From positions 1 through 35,696 of the IMG/VR virus record IMGVR_UViG_3300005403_000111: a stretch of 35,696 nt of DNA. One strand, given 5' to 3'. Within the stretch, counting starts at the first letter, position 1. Every line of letters begins with the position of its first letter. Under the pieces are notes generated by a model. It had not been told where the DNA came from and did no database searches. It was given only the letters and a program-made list of their open reading frames with translations. The position numbers were made by a program, and so were the translations under genes. The stretch is from a virus (taxonomy: Duplodnaviria; Caudoviricetes). This document shows, in pieces, positions 17,969-26,306 of this stretch.

Positions 17969-19500
17969 CGACTAAACTCTCCATAGAAGAGCTTCGCTCT
18001 CATCTTAAAAGCCTCACACGATTAAGTGATCATGAGAGACCTGCAAGAGTAGAAAGAGCACAGTCGGATTTTCGCTTTGCGGTGCAGACCTATTTTGCTC
18101 ATCATGTAAGCCAAATAGAAACCTCTAAGTTTCGTAATGAGTTTTATGAAAAGTGCGAAACCCTTTTAGAGGAAAATAGAAAAATGAGCTTTGAGGCATA
18201 CAGAGGTGCGGCAAAAACCACTCTGCTCTCAAGACTCGCAACGCTTTGGCAGAGTGCCATCAGAAGAAAAAAACGCCACACTATCATCATCAGCTCTACG
18301 GTTGATGTCTCAAAAGAGACGCTTGAATTTATAAAAGCAGAGCTAGAAGACAACGAATGCCTCATCGGGGATTTTGAAATAAAAACAGGTGATATCTGGA
18401 ACTCTGAAGAGATAATCTTTTATAGCGGTGAACTCAAATTTCGGATTAAAGTTTATGGTGCAGGGAAGAAAATAAGGGGTGCAAACTGGTTAGGATTTAG
18501 ACCTGATCTCATCATTTGCGATGATATCGAAAACGATGAGAATGTCGAGAGCGAAGACCAAAGAAAAAAGCTCTACAATTGGTTTATCAAAGCCATTATG
18601 AAACTGCCTTCCAGACAAAGCAGAGACTACAATATCATAGCAGTCGGTACAAAACTCCATCATGACGGTTTTATGAGTCGCTTACAACAAAGAAGTGATT
18701 TTATAAGTTTCAGGTATCCGCTTGTTTTAGAGTTTCCCTCTAATTTAGATGAAATCGAAAAAGAGAGTGTAAGTGCTGCAGACAGAAAAGATATGGTTCT
18801 CGACGATGAGAGCCTTGACAAACTAGAACTGCTCAAAGAATATCTTGAAGATAAAAACTCTTTTATGTCCGAGTTTCAAAATGAACCGCTCAGCAAAGAC
18901 GGCACAACTTTTAGCGATTTTTTATCGTACGAGACACTTCCAAAGCCTCAGAGCATTACGCTAGGCATCGACCCGGCATTAGGAAAAAGGGCCGGAGACT
19001 ACTTCGCAATAACGGCACTTTTTTATGACGGCAAAAAGTTCTATGCCTCAACTAAGATGTTTCGCATCAAAGCAACGCTTATGATTGACAAGATCATGAG
19101 TCTCTATATAGATTTGCTCAAGTATAATGTACCTATAAAGATAGCCATAGAAACGGTGCAGTTTCAAGAGTTTTTTAAAGATGTGCTTGATGAACGATGT
19201 AAGAGTATCGGGCTGCATCTACCCATAGTCCCACTTAAGAACACGATAAACAAAGAGCTTCGCATAGATTCCGTAAGTCCGCTTGTAAATAACCACACTA
19301 TTTTGATTGACAAAAAAAGTCTCTTACTCATAGACGAACTAGAGACTTATCCGAAGTCGGCACACGATGACGGGCTTGATAGTTTAGAGATGGCGTATCG
19401 CATCGCAAAGAAACCAGCATTTGACTACAAAGAGGCTCATAAACACCTCAAAAACAAAGAAGCTAAAAATAAAGCCCTACAAAGACTTTTAGACGGCTAG
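17965..19500 (+). CDS. terL: Terminase large subunit
   Basis: AYRGAAKTT Walker A, RPDLIICDDIE Walker B, GIDPALG and HDDGLDSLEMA nuclease motifs. Confidence 0.93.
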   Translation: MTTKLSIEELRSHLKSLTRLSDHERPARVERAQSDFRFAVQTYFAHHVSQIETSKFRNEFYEKCETLLEENRKMSFEAYRGAAKTTLLSRLATLWQSAIRRKKRHTIIISSTVDVSKETLEFIKAELEDNECLIGDFEIKTGDIWNSEEIIFYSGELKFRIKVYGAGKKIRGANWLGFRPDLIICDDIENDENVESEDQRKKLYNWFIKAIMKLPSRQSRDYNIIAVGTKLHHDGFMSRLQQRSDFISFRYPLVLEFPSNLDEIEKESVSAADRKDMVLDDESLDKLELLKEYLEDKNSFMSEFQNEPLSKDGTTFSDFLSYETLPKPQSITLGIDPALGKRAGDYFAITALFYDGKKFYASTKMFRIKATLMIDKIMSLYIDLLKYNVPIKIAIETVQFQEFFKDVLDERCKSIGLHLPIVPLKNTINKELRIDSVSPLVNNHTILIDKKSLLLIDELETYPKSAHDDGLDSLEMAYRIAKKPAFDYKEAHKHLKNKEAKNKALQRLLDG

Positions 19501-19582
19501 GTACATAAAGATATAGAAAAACAAAGAAAATGATTTTTAAACAGGTTTTAAACGGCAATAACAACGCAATAAAGGATTATAA

Positions 19583-20896
19583 GTGAATGTAAAAGAGATG
19601 AGAAGCTTGCTCGCCACAAAAGGCGAATATGCAAAAACAGAGGAGCAGAGTTACTCGGAACTCAGCAGCGGAAAAATCAAAGCGGCGATAAGCTACAAAA
19701 AAGCGCAATACTATATGCCTCTTTTTGATTTGCTTGAGGACAAAGATACAAGCGTTGGTTCAGAGTGTGAAAAGAGAACTGCATCCATAGAGAACAAGTT
19801 TTTTACCTCAAACCTTAAAGGCTATGATAGTTCTATAGAAGAGATTATAAAAGCATCTCTGCATGCCAGACTTTTTGGCGTAAGTGTTGTAGAACTCTAC
19901 ATCAACGACAAAGGCGACTTTGCATTTTCGTTTGTGCCTAGAGAGAATTACTACTATGAAGAGGACAGCATCACCCTCAAAAAAGGCAAAACAAAGTTCA
20001 CGCCTAAAGAGCCGAAGTTCTACATACTCAGAGCGAAGCCTGTACTCTTAAAGGTGCTTTGGATTGCGTATGCGAAACATTTTGTGCTTAGTCACTACAT
20101 GAAGTTTGCCGAGTTTTTAGGTGTGCCTCCACTTATAGGAAATGCAAGCAGCTCATCAATAGAGACCATCGACCAAATGTCAGAGGCACTCAAAAATATC
20201 AAATCAGGCGGCTATGCAGTTTTAGGACCCCAAGACATCCTCAAAGTTTTAGAGGGGCGTGGGAGTCTCTCAGACTTTATGGGATTTGTGCAGTATGCAG
20301 ATACGGAAATAGCAAAAGTCATCAACGGAGCATCACTCGGCTCAAATGTTGCAAAGAGTGGAAGCTATGCACAAAGTAAATCCCACGAAGAGAACCGTGC
20401 AGAGATAGTACGAGGTGATGTCAAGTTTGCAACAAGAACGGCGATAGAACTCTTTAGCAAAATCGGCATGTCTCTTGAGCTGAACATCCAAGTAGAAAAA
20501 GATGTTGACCTCTACCAAAGAGCACAGACACTTCAAATCTTAAACGGTATGGGTTACAATATGAGTCCCCAAGATATTGCAGTGGAGTTTGACTTCCCGA
20601 CTCCAAGTCTCAAAGCTCCAAACATCCGCCACTTTTCAAAAAATGCAAAGGATTGGCCTCTTGATGCTATTGATGCAAACCTAAGTTCAGCGGAGTTTCT
20701 CAAAAGGAGTAAAGAACAAGAAGAGGAGATTTTAGAAGTCATAACGGGTCTGGCTGCTCACTGCAGCTCTTACGAAGAGGTGCATGAACTGCTTATTCAA
20801 AACTACTCGACTACCGAGTTTGCAAAACTCGACGAGATGATGTTTAAAGCCATAGCAAACAATCTTATAGTAGGGGCGGTTGATGATGGAAAGTAG
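19583..20896 (+). CDS. Portal protein, Mu gp29/DUF935 family
   Basis: FAEFLGVPP, EIAKVING...GSYAQSKSHEE.R motifs; follows terL. Confidence 0.88.
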   Translation: MNVKEMRSLLATKGEYAKTEEQSYSELSSGKIKAAISYKKAQYYMPLFDLLEDKDTSVGSECEKRTASIENKFFTSNLKGYDSSIEEIIKASLHARLFGVSVVELYINDKGDFAFSFVPRENYYYEEDSITLKKGKTKFTPKEPKFYILRAKPVLLKVLWIAYAKHFVLSHYMKFAEFLGVPPLIGNASSSSIETIDQMSEALKNIKSGGYAVLGPQDILKVLEGRGSLSDFMGFVQYADTEIAKVINGASLGSNVAKSGSYAQSKSHEENRAEIVRGDVKFATRTAIELFSKIGMSLELNIQVEKDVDLYQRAQTLQILNGMGYNMSPQDIAVEFDFPTPSLKAPNIRHFSKNAKDWPLDAIDANLSSAEFLKRSKEQEEEILEVITGLAAHCSSYEEVHELLIQNYSTTEFAKLDEMMFKAIANNLIVGAVDDGK

Positions 20897-21101
20897 AGTG
20901 GTACGAATAGAAGTGAAGCTGGAAATGATAGAAAAAACTTTAGAAAAAACCACCGACATCTTAGAAGAGCTGGTTAAAAGCGAGATACAGCAGCGAGAGA
21001 TAGAAAAACGCATAGCAAAGGTAGAAAACTCTCTTTCAAAACTAAACTGGATGGTCGTCTCAGCCGTTGTCGGCGGAGTGCTCTCTTTAGTTCTCAAATA
21101 G
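20880..21101 (+). CDS. Small coiled-coil protein with C-terminal TM helix (XhlA-like architecture)
   Basis: Heptad-rich N-terminus ending WMVVSAVVGGVLSLVLK. Confidence 0.65.
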   Translation: MMMESRVVRIEVKLEMIEKTLEKTTDILEELVKSEIQQREIEKRIAKVENSLSKLNWMVVSAVVGGVLSLVLK

Positions 21102-21110
21102 GCAGAGACG

Positions 21111-22352
21111 ATGGGCATATCCTACGACTTTACCAAAGAGCCTAAAGAACTTGTAGAGTACCTAAAGCAAAAGGGTCTAGAACTTACATTTAACTATGAG
21201 GAGATGATGCATGAAGCACATCACAAAGCATTTACCGTTGCCAAAGTTACTAAGCTTGATTTGCTTTTCGATATTCACACTTCCTTACAGGAGGCACTTA
21301 GTGAGGGCAAGCCATTTGAACGGTGGCAAAAAGAGATCCGCCCGACACTACAAAAGAAAGGGTGGTGGGGCGAGACGGAAGTTACAAACCCTCAAACGGG
21401 GGAAATCAAAAACATCTTTGTAGGCTCAAGACGGCTAAAAACTATCTACGATACAAATATGAGAGTGGCATACGCACAGGGTCGCTACAAAAGCCAGATG
21501 CAAAGTGACGGAGAATACCTATACTACTCATCCGTACTAGATAGACTAACCAGACCCGCTCATTCTAAAATGCACGGAACTCTGCTGCCCAAAACACACA
21601 AGTGGTGGGATACGAATTATCCGCCAAACGGCTGGCGTTGCAGGTGCAAAGTAAGAGTTTATACAAAAGAAGAATTAGAAGCCAAAGGACTAAAACCCTC
21701 AAACTTCACACCGCCTAATATAGCAGATAAAGACTGGGCGTATAATCCCGGCAAAACGGACAACATAGAGCAGATTTATAGCGAGAAGATAGGAAAGATT
21801 GAGGATAACTCTTTTCAAAATGCAGTAGAACTTACTCGAAAAAAAGACGAAGTAACAAAAAATAGAGTAATAGCGAATAAGCTGCTAAATGAGATGATAG
21901 ATGAAGTAATAGTAAAAAAGAATCAGAAGTATTTAGCAAACAGTGTACTAGTCGGAGAAATCTCACAGAGCGTAAAAAAACAAGCAGAGGATATTTTAGG
22001 CAAAGAGATCGTAGCGGATGGTATTGTGCTGGAAAAGAACAGACTCCTTCACGCAAGTCCCGATAGAAAAGAAGTCTACGGACAAGCTCTAAGAGTAGAA
22101 GAGATGAGGCAGATAGTGGATGTGATTGATAAGGCGGAGGATGTCTATATTGACACTTCAAGCAATCATCAAAACATCATCTATGCTTTTGAAGACACAA
22201 AAGATAAAACAAAGATAAACCTTATCCCCGTAGAGATATTAAAAAAGATAAAAAAGTTTGGCAAGGATTGTTTTATCATAACTTTTGATAAGCAAAATAT
22301 GAGTGATTTTGAGGCGAAAATAAAAGGGAATGTTATAAAAAAAGTGAAGTGA
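21111..22352 (+). CDS. MuF (gpF) minor head protein with C-terminal BECR/PBECR-like nuclease extension
   Basis: MuF motifs AFTVAKV, RRLKTIYDTN, D..TRP.H, YPPNGWRCRC and DWAYNPG, then ~200 extra aa with LLH...RK..GQAL..EE..I..VI....VYID...NIIY.F...IITFDK. Confidence 0.85.
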   Translation: MGISYDFTKEPKELVEYLKQKGLELTFNYEEMMHEAHHKAFTVAKVTKLDLLFDIHTSLQEALSEGKPFERWQKEIRPTLQKKGWWGETEVTNPQTGEIKNIFVGSRRLKTIYDTNMRVAYAQGRYKSQMQSDGEYLYYSSVLDRLTRPAHSKMHGTLLPKTHKWWDTNYPPNGWRCRCKVRVYTKEELEAKGLKPSNFTPPNIADKDWAYNPGKTDNIEQIYSEKIGKIEDNSFQNAVELTRKKDEVTKNRVIANKLLNEMIDEVIVKKNQKYLANSVLVGEISQSVKKQAEDILGKEIVADGIVLEKNRLLHASPDRKEVYGQALRVEEMRQIVDVIDKAEDVYIDTSSNHQNIIYAFEDTKDKTKINLIPVEILKKIKKFGKDCFIITFDKQNMSDFEAKIKGNVIKKVK

Positions 22353-22447
22353 GCGGCGGCAAGACTTGCACTTGCAATACTAGTGCCAAGATTTTAGTCT
22401 CGGTCTATCTGCTTACTATATTCGCACTATCAACCGCTACTTCACTT
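22337..22447 (-). ncRNA. tRNA-like structured RNA antisense/convergent to the MuF 3' end
   Basis: Folds as a cloverleaf: closing stem, D-like arm, extended anticodon-like arm with CUAAAA loop, 5-nt variable loop, T-arm GCAAG-UGCAAGU-CUUGC, then U7. G-U pairs form only on the minus strand. Confidence 0.75.
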
Positions 22448-22452
22448 TTAAA

Positions 22453-22461
22453 ATTATACCA
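22453..22461 (-). promoter_or_regulatory. Extended -10 promoter of the tRNA-like RNA
   Basis: TGGTATAAT on the minus strand, about 6 nt upstream of the 5' arm of the closing stem. Confidence 0.75.
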
Positions 22462-22474
22462 CAAAGGCTAAAAC

Positions 22475-22948
22475 ATGTCCATCGAAATAACAGGCTTAGA
22501 AACCATCCAAAAGAGCCTAAACACTCTATCTCAGAGCTTAGGCAAAACAGAGATGAAAAGCACGATGACTACTATCGGGAATATGATAACAAACACGATA
22601 GAAGAGAGTTTTGAGAGAGAGCAGAGTCCATGGGGAGAAAAATGGCGAGAGTTAGATCCAAAAACAAAAAAACAAAAGCAGCGTAAAGGTAAAAGCAATC
22701 TTATCTTAAGAAGCAGCGGCGACTTAGCTGACGAATGGCAAGTCACGGCAAGTAGTGAGAGTGTAGAAGTAAGCAGCAATGCCAAGAGTGAAAAGGAGTT
22801 TGCGTATGGTGCAGTACATCAATGGGGAAGCAAGAAAGTAGCGGCAAGAAAGTTTCTGCCTATAAGTGAAAGTGGGGAGCTTGAGCCGAAGCTGCAAAAG
22901 CAGATAGAGGGATATTTGGATAGCAAGATTGAGCAGGCTATAAAATAA
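22475..22948 (+). CDS. Virion morphogenesis protein, Mu gpG family
   Basis: FEREQSPWGEKW..L...T, IL..SG.L, YGAVHQWG and ARKFLPI motifs. Confidence 0.9.
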   Translation: MSIEITGLETIQKSLNTLSQSLGKTEMKSTMTTIGNMITNTIEESFEREQSPWGEKWRELDPKTKKQKQRKGKSNLILRSSGDLADEWQVTASSESVEVSSNAKSEKEFAYGAVHQWGSKKVAARKFLPISESGELEPKLQKQIEGYLDSKIEQAIK

Positions 22949-22950
22949 GC

Positions 22951-23169
22951 TTACTCTTCTCTTAAAGCTCTAAGCCTAACGGCATGCTCCACTTCGCCGA
23001 TATCTTCAAGATAGTCGTTATACTCTTTAGAGAACAAATCCTCTTTTACGACCTCTTTAGTCATAAACTTGAAGTTGCAGTGCTCACATACTCTAAAACG
23101 AACATTGCTAAGACCTTTGCGTGTTCCGTAAACTTTAGTAGAAGCATTTGCACACTTTGGACAGTTCAT
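22951..23169 (-). CDS. Ogr/Delta-like zinc-finger regulator (putative late activator)
   Basis: MNCPKC...T.V..TR...RFRVCEHCNFKFMTKE; sits where Mu has mor/C, after gemA. Confidence 0.7.
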   Translation of the reverse strand: MNCPKCANASTKVYGTRKGLSNVRFRVCEHCNFKFMTKEVVKEDLFSKEYNDYLEDIGEVEHAVRLRALREE

Positions 23170-23555
23170 ACCTTTAGCCTTTCAAGAGCCACTATGAGCT
23201 TAGTAGCCTCATCTTTCTTTAGCGTAAGTATATCATATATAGTTCTTTTACAAATGCGATTAGCAAAAACCAAAAGAGCCATAGAGCTTTTGTCCCTAGC
23301 TTTTACACTCCAAAGTTTTTCGATTTTATGCACTTGCGGTTCGGTTATAATGTTTGGCACAACATCACTCACTTTTCTCAAGCAAAAATCAAGAAGTTGT
23401 TTGAGTTGTGCGATGCTAAGTTTAGTCGTGCTCTCCACGCCAAAACGACTGAGCATAAACTCTCTTCTTTGTTCATCGTCTAAGAACACATTTCGCTTGT
23501 TGATTTGAATATCTTTTATAAGTGCTTTTTTGTAGGCGGTTTGTTTTGGCGTCAC
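23166..23555 (-). CDS. GemA / Mu gp16 (DUF1018) family protein
   Basis: LI..I..NK...LDDEQRR......G.ESTTKLS..QL, Q..KI..LW and EATKLIVALE patterns. Confidence 0.8.
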   Translation of the reverse strand: MTPKQTAYKKALIKDIQINKRNVFLDDEQRREFMLSRFGVESTTKLSIAQLKQLLDFCLRKVSDVVPNIITEPQVHKIEKLWSVKARDKSSMALLVFANRICKRTIYDILTLKKDEATKLIVALERLKV

Positions 23556-23577
23556 TGTGGGTTTCCTTTTTGAGTTT

Positions 23578-23703
23578 ACTACAACTTTACGACATGTGCG
23601 ACTATTACGACCATTGCCATTAAAAGCCCTCTTTATGGCATTTTAAAGCTTGTTGATTTGTCGTAAGTTTGTTCTATGTTGTAGTTGTCGTAGTTGTCGC
23701 AGT
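23578..23703. repeat. Head-to-head clusters of 9-bp iteron-like repeats (consensus nnTRCRACA)
   Basis: Plus copies at 23578, 23586, 23595 and 23604; minus copies at 23659-23667, 23677-23685, 23686-23694 and 23695-23703; central IR TGCCAT...ATGGCA. Confidence 0.75.
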
Positions 23704-24614
23704 TATATCAATGAGTAGAGTTTTGAATTACCTTTTTCTGTAAAATTCCAATACCTTCCACTATATTCGGCTAATAATTCTGAAGATGTTTTGTCTCTTT
23801 TGTCTTTGCCAATCGCTTCAAGCAGTTTGGTTTGATTTAAAGGCTCTTTAGCTTTTGTCAAAGCCACCTTAATATCTCGTATAAATTCACGAACATGATG
23901 AGGCATACAAACATCATCATAGTTGAGTATCTCAAGAGTAAAATCATCGCCCTTTAAACTAAAAGCACAATTTCTTACTTTAAATCTTCCAGCTTCAACA
24001 TTTAAGATAAAGTTGCTCTCATTTGAGTTTACAATCTCGGCTTCTAAACTAAACATATTATCACTTGCACTTCTAAAGACTGATGAGCCTTTGTATGAGC
24101 TTTCATTTTTATTTGAATGATGAAGCAAGATTATTGTAGCTCCTGCATTTCTAAATGTCTTCATCTTATTCATAAAAGCACTTGAAGCACTATCACTCAT
24201 TACATCCACAAAGTCAGCAACACTATCAAATATCATCACATAATTTTTATAAGCATTTGGTGCTGCGTTTTTTAAAAGTAGCTCAAGTGCTTGGTTTGAT
24301 GATATAGCCACCTCTTCAGGATGTATGTAATCAAACCCATTTACATAATACTTGATAATCTTATCTGCTCCTCTATCTGCTATAGCTGCAAGTGAATTAT
24401 CAAAATCAAAGTATTGAGGATGTAAATCAGAGTTGTTAATTAGATATTTACATAATCCCATGGCAAAACGGCTTTTACCTTTTTTTGGTGGTGCAACAAT
24501 AAGTGTTATAGCTCTCTCAACTAAAAAATCTTCTATCACATATTTTGTCTGTATTTCAAAGTGTTCAGCTCGTAAGCCTCTGCCTCTAAATGGATTTTTG
24601 ACTATTTCTTTCAT
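23703..24614 (-). CDS. AAA/RecA-fold ATPase (helicase/RepA-like) with C-terminal wHTH-like region
   Basis: APPKKGKS Walker A, MIFDS Walker B, TIILLHHSNK and YKGSS motifs. Confidence 0.8.
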   Translation of the reverse strand: MKEIVKNPFRGRGLRAEHFEIQTKYVIEDFLVERAITLIVAPPKKGKSRFAMGLCKYLINNSDLHPQYFDFDNSLAAIADRGADKIIKYYVNGFDYIHPEEVAISSNQALELLLKNAAPNAYKNYVMIFDSVADFVDVMSDSASSAFMNKMKTFRNAGATIILLHHSNKNESSYKGSSVFRSASDNMFSLEAEIVNSNESNFILNVEAGRFKVRNCAFSLKGDDFTLEILNYDDVCMPHHVREFIRDIKVALTKAKEPLNQTKLLEAIGKDKRDKTSSELLAEYSGRYWNFTEKGNSKLYSLI

Positions 24615-24915
24615 TTACTGCCCTCCTTTTTTTTTCTAAGCTCCCTCTCAGCCACTCACGCAACTGTTCTCTCTCGGCATCATTAACAGCCTCAAGCAAC
24701 TTATCAAAGTCATGTTTGTCTTTGGTCTGCTTGAGATACACAAACAGCACTTTCAAAAGCCATTTGTTGATCACCGCCAAGTCATCTGTTTTTGCTATGT
24801 GTTGAAAGTAGGTGTTGAAGCTGTTAAAGTCGTCAAAACTTGCTATATGCACCTGCATAGTGGCATAAGCTTTGTCCATCTTTTGATTACCTGTTTGGGG
24901 TGTAAATAAATTCAT
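24586..24915 (-). CDS. Hypothetical protein coupled to the AAA ATPase
   Basis: Strong SD AAGGAG; overlaps the ATPase start. Confidence 0.7.
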   Translation of the reverse strand: MNLFTPQTGNQKMDKAYATMQVHIASFDDFNSFNTYFQHIAKTDDLAVINKWLLKVLFVYLKQTKDKHDFDKLLEAVNDAEREQLREWLRGSLEKKRRAVNERNSQKSI

Positions 24916-24972
24916 AATTTTCTCCTTTTTATAATCTCAATAGAGCCTACCTAGGTAAACTCTATGAAACTA

Positions 24973-25389
24973 TTATTTGACTACCGTTACCGCTGGAGCT
25001 TTCTCTTTTATACTTAGGCACGCTTTGAGTCCGTCATCGTCTAGTGCCATCTTTCTCAGTTTCTCGTCTGGCTTGAAGTTAACTGTTGTTGTAACTAAGT
25101 CTTGAAATCTCTCACCGAGTATCTCTTGAAGTACTCCTTCGTCACTTACCTTTACATCCCAGCTAAAGCTTACTTTAACCGCCTCTGTATCTACTCTAAA
25201 AGTTATGGTAGAGACTTCATCCTCGCCAAGTATTGTTCTAGCTTTTTCAATCAGCACCGCCTTATGTTCGTTCATGCGTTTTGTCATTTCATCAATGTTT
25301 AGTTTGAGTTCTACAAACGAACAGAGTGCAAACTCTGCATGTGGGTCTTTTACTTCTGTCTCATTTTTTGCGATTTTTACTTTTAGCAT
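24973..25389 (-). CDS. Hypothetical Mu-like early protein
   Basis: Likely start is ATG 25389 (the ORF track extends to 25449); coiled-coil N-half. Confidence 0.65.
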   Translation of the reverse strand: MLKVKIAKNETEVKDPHAEFALCSFVELKLNIDEMTKRMNEHKAVLIEKARTILGEDEVSTITFRVDTEAVKVSFSWDVKVSDEGVLQEILGERFQDLVTTTVNFKPDEKLRKMALDDDGLKACLSIKEKAPAVTVVK

Positions 25390-25477
25390 TTTTCTTTGCT
25401 TCCTTTTTTCTTTTTTTATCTTCTGCAATAACAGCGCAGGCTGCAACACTTAACGCCAACTTTTTATTTGTACTCAT
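25361..25477 (-). CDS. Small basic peptide (38 aa)
   Basis: MSTNKKLALSVAACAVIAEDKKRKKEAKKNAKSKNRKK; fits operon packing. Confidence 0.4.
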   Translation of the reverse strand: MSTNKKLALSVAACAVIAEDKKRKKEAKKNAKSKNRKK

Positions 25478-25656
25478 GCTTTACACCTTTTCCCAATATA
25501 CATATCCGTACTTTGTAGCAACTGCCACTTTCTTAACCTTTTTGACAATTCTAAATGCCATCTTTTAAACCTTTGTCTGCCACTCGTCAGCGGCATGTGG
25601 AATTTGGAGAACTCCATAAAGTGCATCATCAAAAATCATTAAATTTGATATGCACT

Positions 25657-25893
25657 CTAGGAACACTTCATAACTATCTTCATCGGGTCAAGCCCGCATC
25701 TGTCGCAAAACAAGATTATCTCTCTAAGCGGCGGTTTATTTCGTTTTTTCAGTATTGAGAGATGATTATCACTTATGCGCAAGACATAAGCGACATGCTT
25801 ATCTCTTGTCCTCTCGACACTGGGACACAAAGAAAGCGTATCTTTTATCCGCTCTATCATCTCTGCAACGCTGCACAGCTCATTCACCGCCAT
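25657..25893 (-). CDS. Stand-alone HTH protein paralogous to the N-terminus of 2040..2684
   Basis: EMIERIKDTLS/DKHVAYVLRI/KKRNKPPLREIILF aligns with EIIEKLKDILS/DKDIAKALEI/KSRNGLIPYPEIMIF. Confidence 0.7.
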   Translation of the reverse strand: MAVNELCSVAEMIERIKDTLSLCPSVERTRDKHVAYVLRISDNHLSILKKRNKPPLREIILFCDRCGLDPMKIVMKCS

Positions 25894-25991
25894 CTCCCCT
25901 CTTTTTTATGCTTGTAAAGCGCATAGATCTCATTGCCAACCCAGCCGACTATAAATCCTGCCAACGACATTATTATCGAATGCTCAATCAT
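25884..25991 (-). CDS. Small membrane peptide (35 aa)
   Basis: MIEHSIIMSLAGFIVGWVGNEIYALYKHKKEGRWR; AGGAG SD; abuts both neighbours. Confidence 0.5.
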   Translation of the reverse strand: MIEHSIIMSLAGFIVGWVGNEIYALYKHKKEGRWR

Positions 25992-26306
25992 CTAAAAACT
26001 CCTCTCACATGTTTTGCATACACTTTTCACTTGCATATAGAGCCTGTCCTTATGAACAACTCCGGTTTCAGCCCATGTTCTGTAACGCTCACAAACATCG
26101 GGATGTATCACTCCAAGGATGGGACACGCCCACTCGCCGCTTTCTAGGTCACCAAACTTCTGTGCCACAATCGCCAAAACTCTTTGCGGATTTGGGTAAG
26201 AGCCTCTTAGTATCTGGTTTATGGTTGTAGGACTTTTACTAAGCAGTCTTGCCACGCCTCTTTGACCGTGCAATGTGACGGCTCTTACTAAGATCTCTCT
26301 ACTCAT
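25992..26306 (-). CDS. HTH + Cys-motif protein
   Basis: GQRGVARLLSKSPTTINQILRGSYP HTH; CPILG...C...C..C. Confidence 0.75.
   Translation of the reverse strand: MSREILVRAVTLHGQRGVARLLSKSPTTINQILRGSYPNPQRVLAIVAQKFGDLESGEWACPILGVIHPDVCERYRTWAETGVVHKDRLYMQVKSVCKTCERSF

Noticed and set aside
19535-19553. TTTTAAAC direct repeat between terL and portal
   Set aside because: Only two 8-bp AT-rich copies; function cannot be supported from this sequence.
22352-22438. Calling the cloverleaf a functional tRNA gene or a simple terminator
   Set aside because: No CCA or free acceptor end, 6-nt loop and extended anticodon arm rule out a tRNA. The multi-arm interior and dedicated promoter exceed what a terminator needs. 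A decayed tRNA remnant is not fully excluded.
17344-22950. Packaging block as an actively invertible segment
   Set aside because: No boundary inverted repeats or recombinase seen; the symmetric divergent promoter suggests a fixed arrangement.
23578-23703. CRISPR array
   Set aside because: Repeats are 9 bp, abutting and in opposed clusters; no spacers and no cas genes.
24973-25389. Gam host-nuclease inhibitor call
   Set aside because: Position and coiled coil fit, but no Gam-specific motif was recognisable; left as hypothetical.
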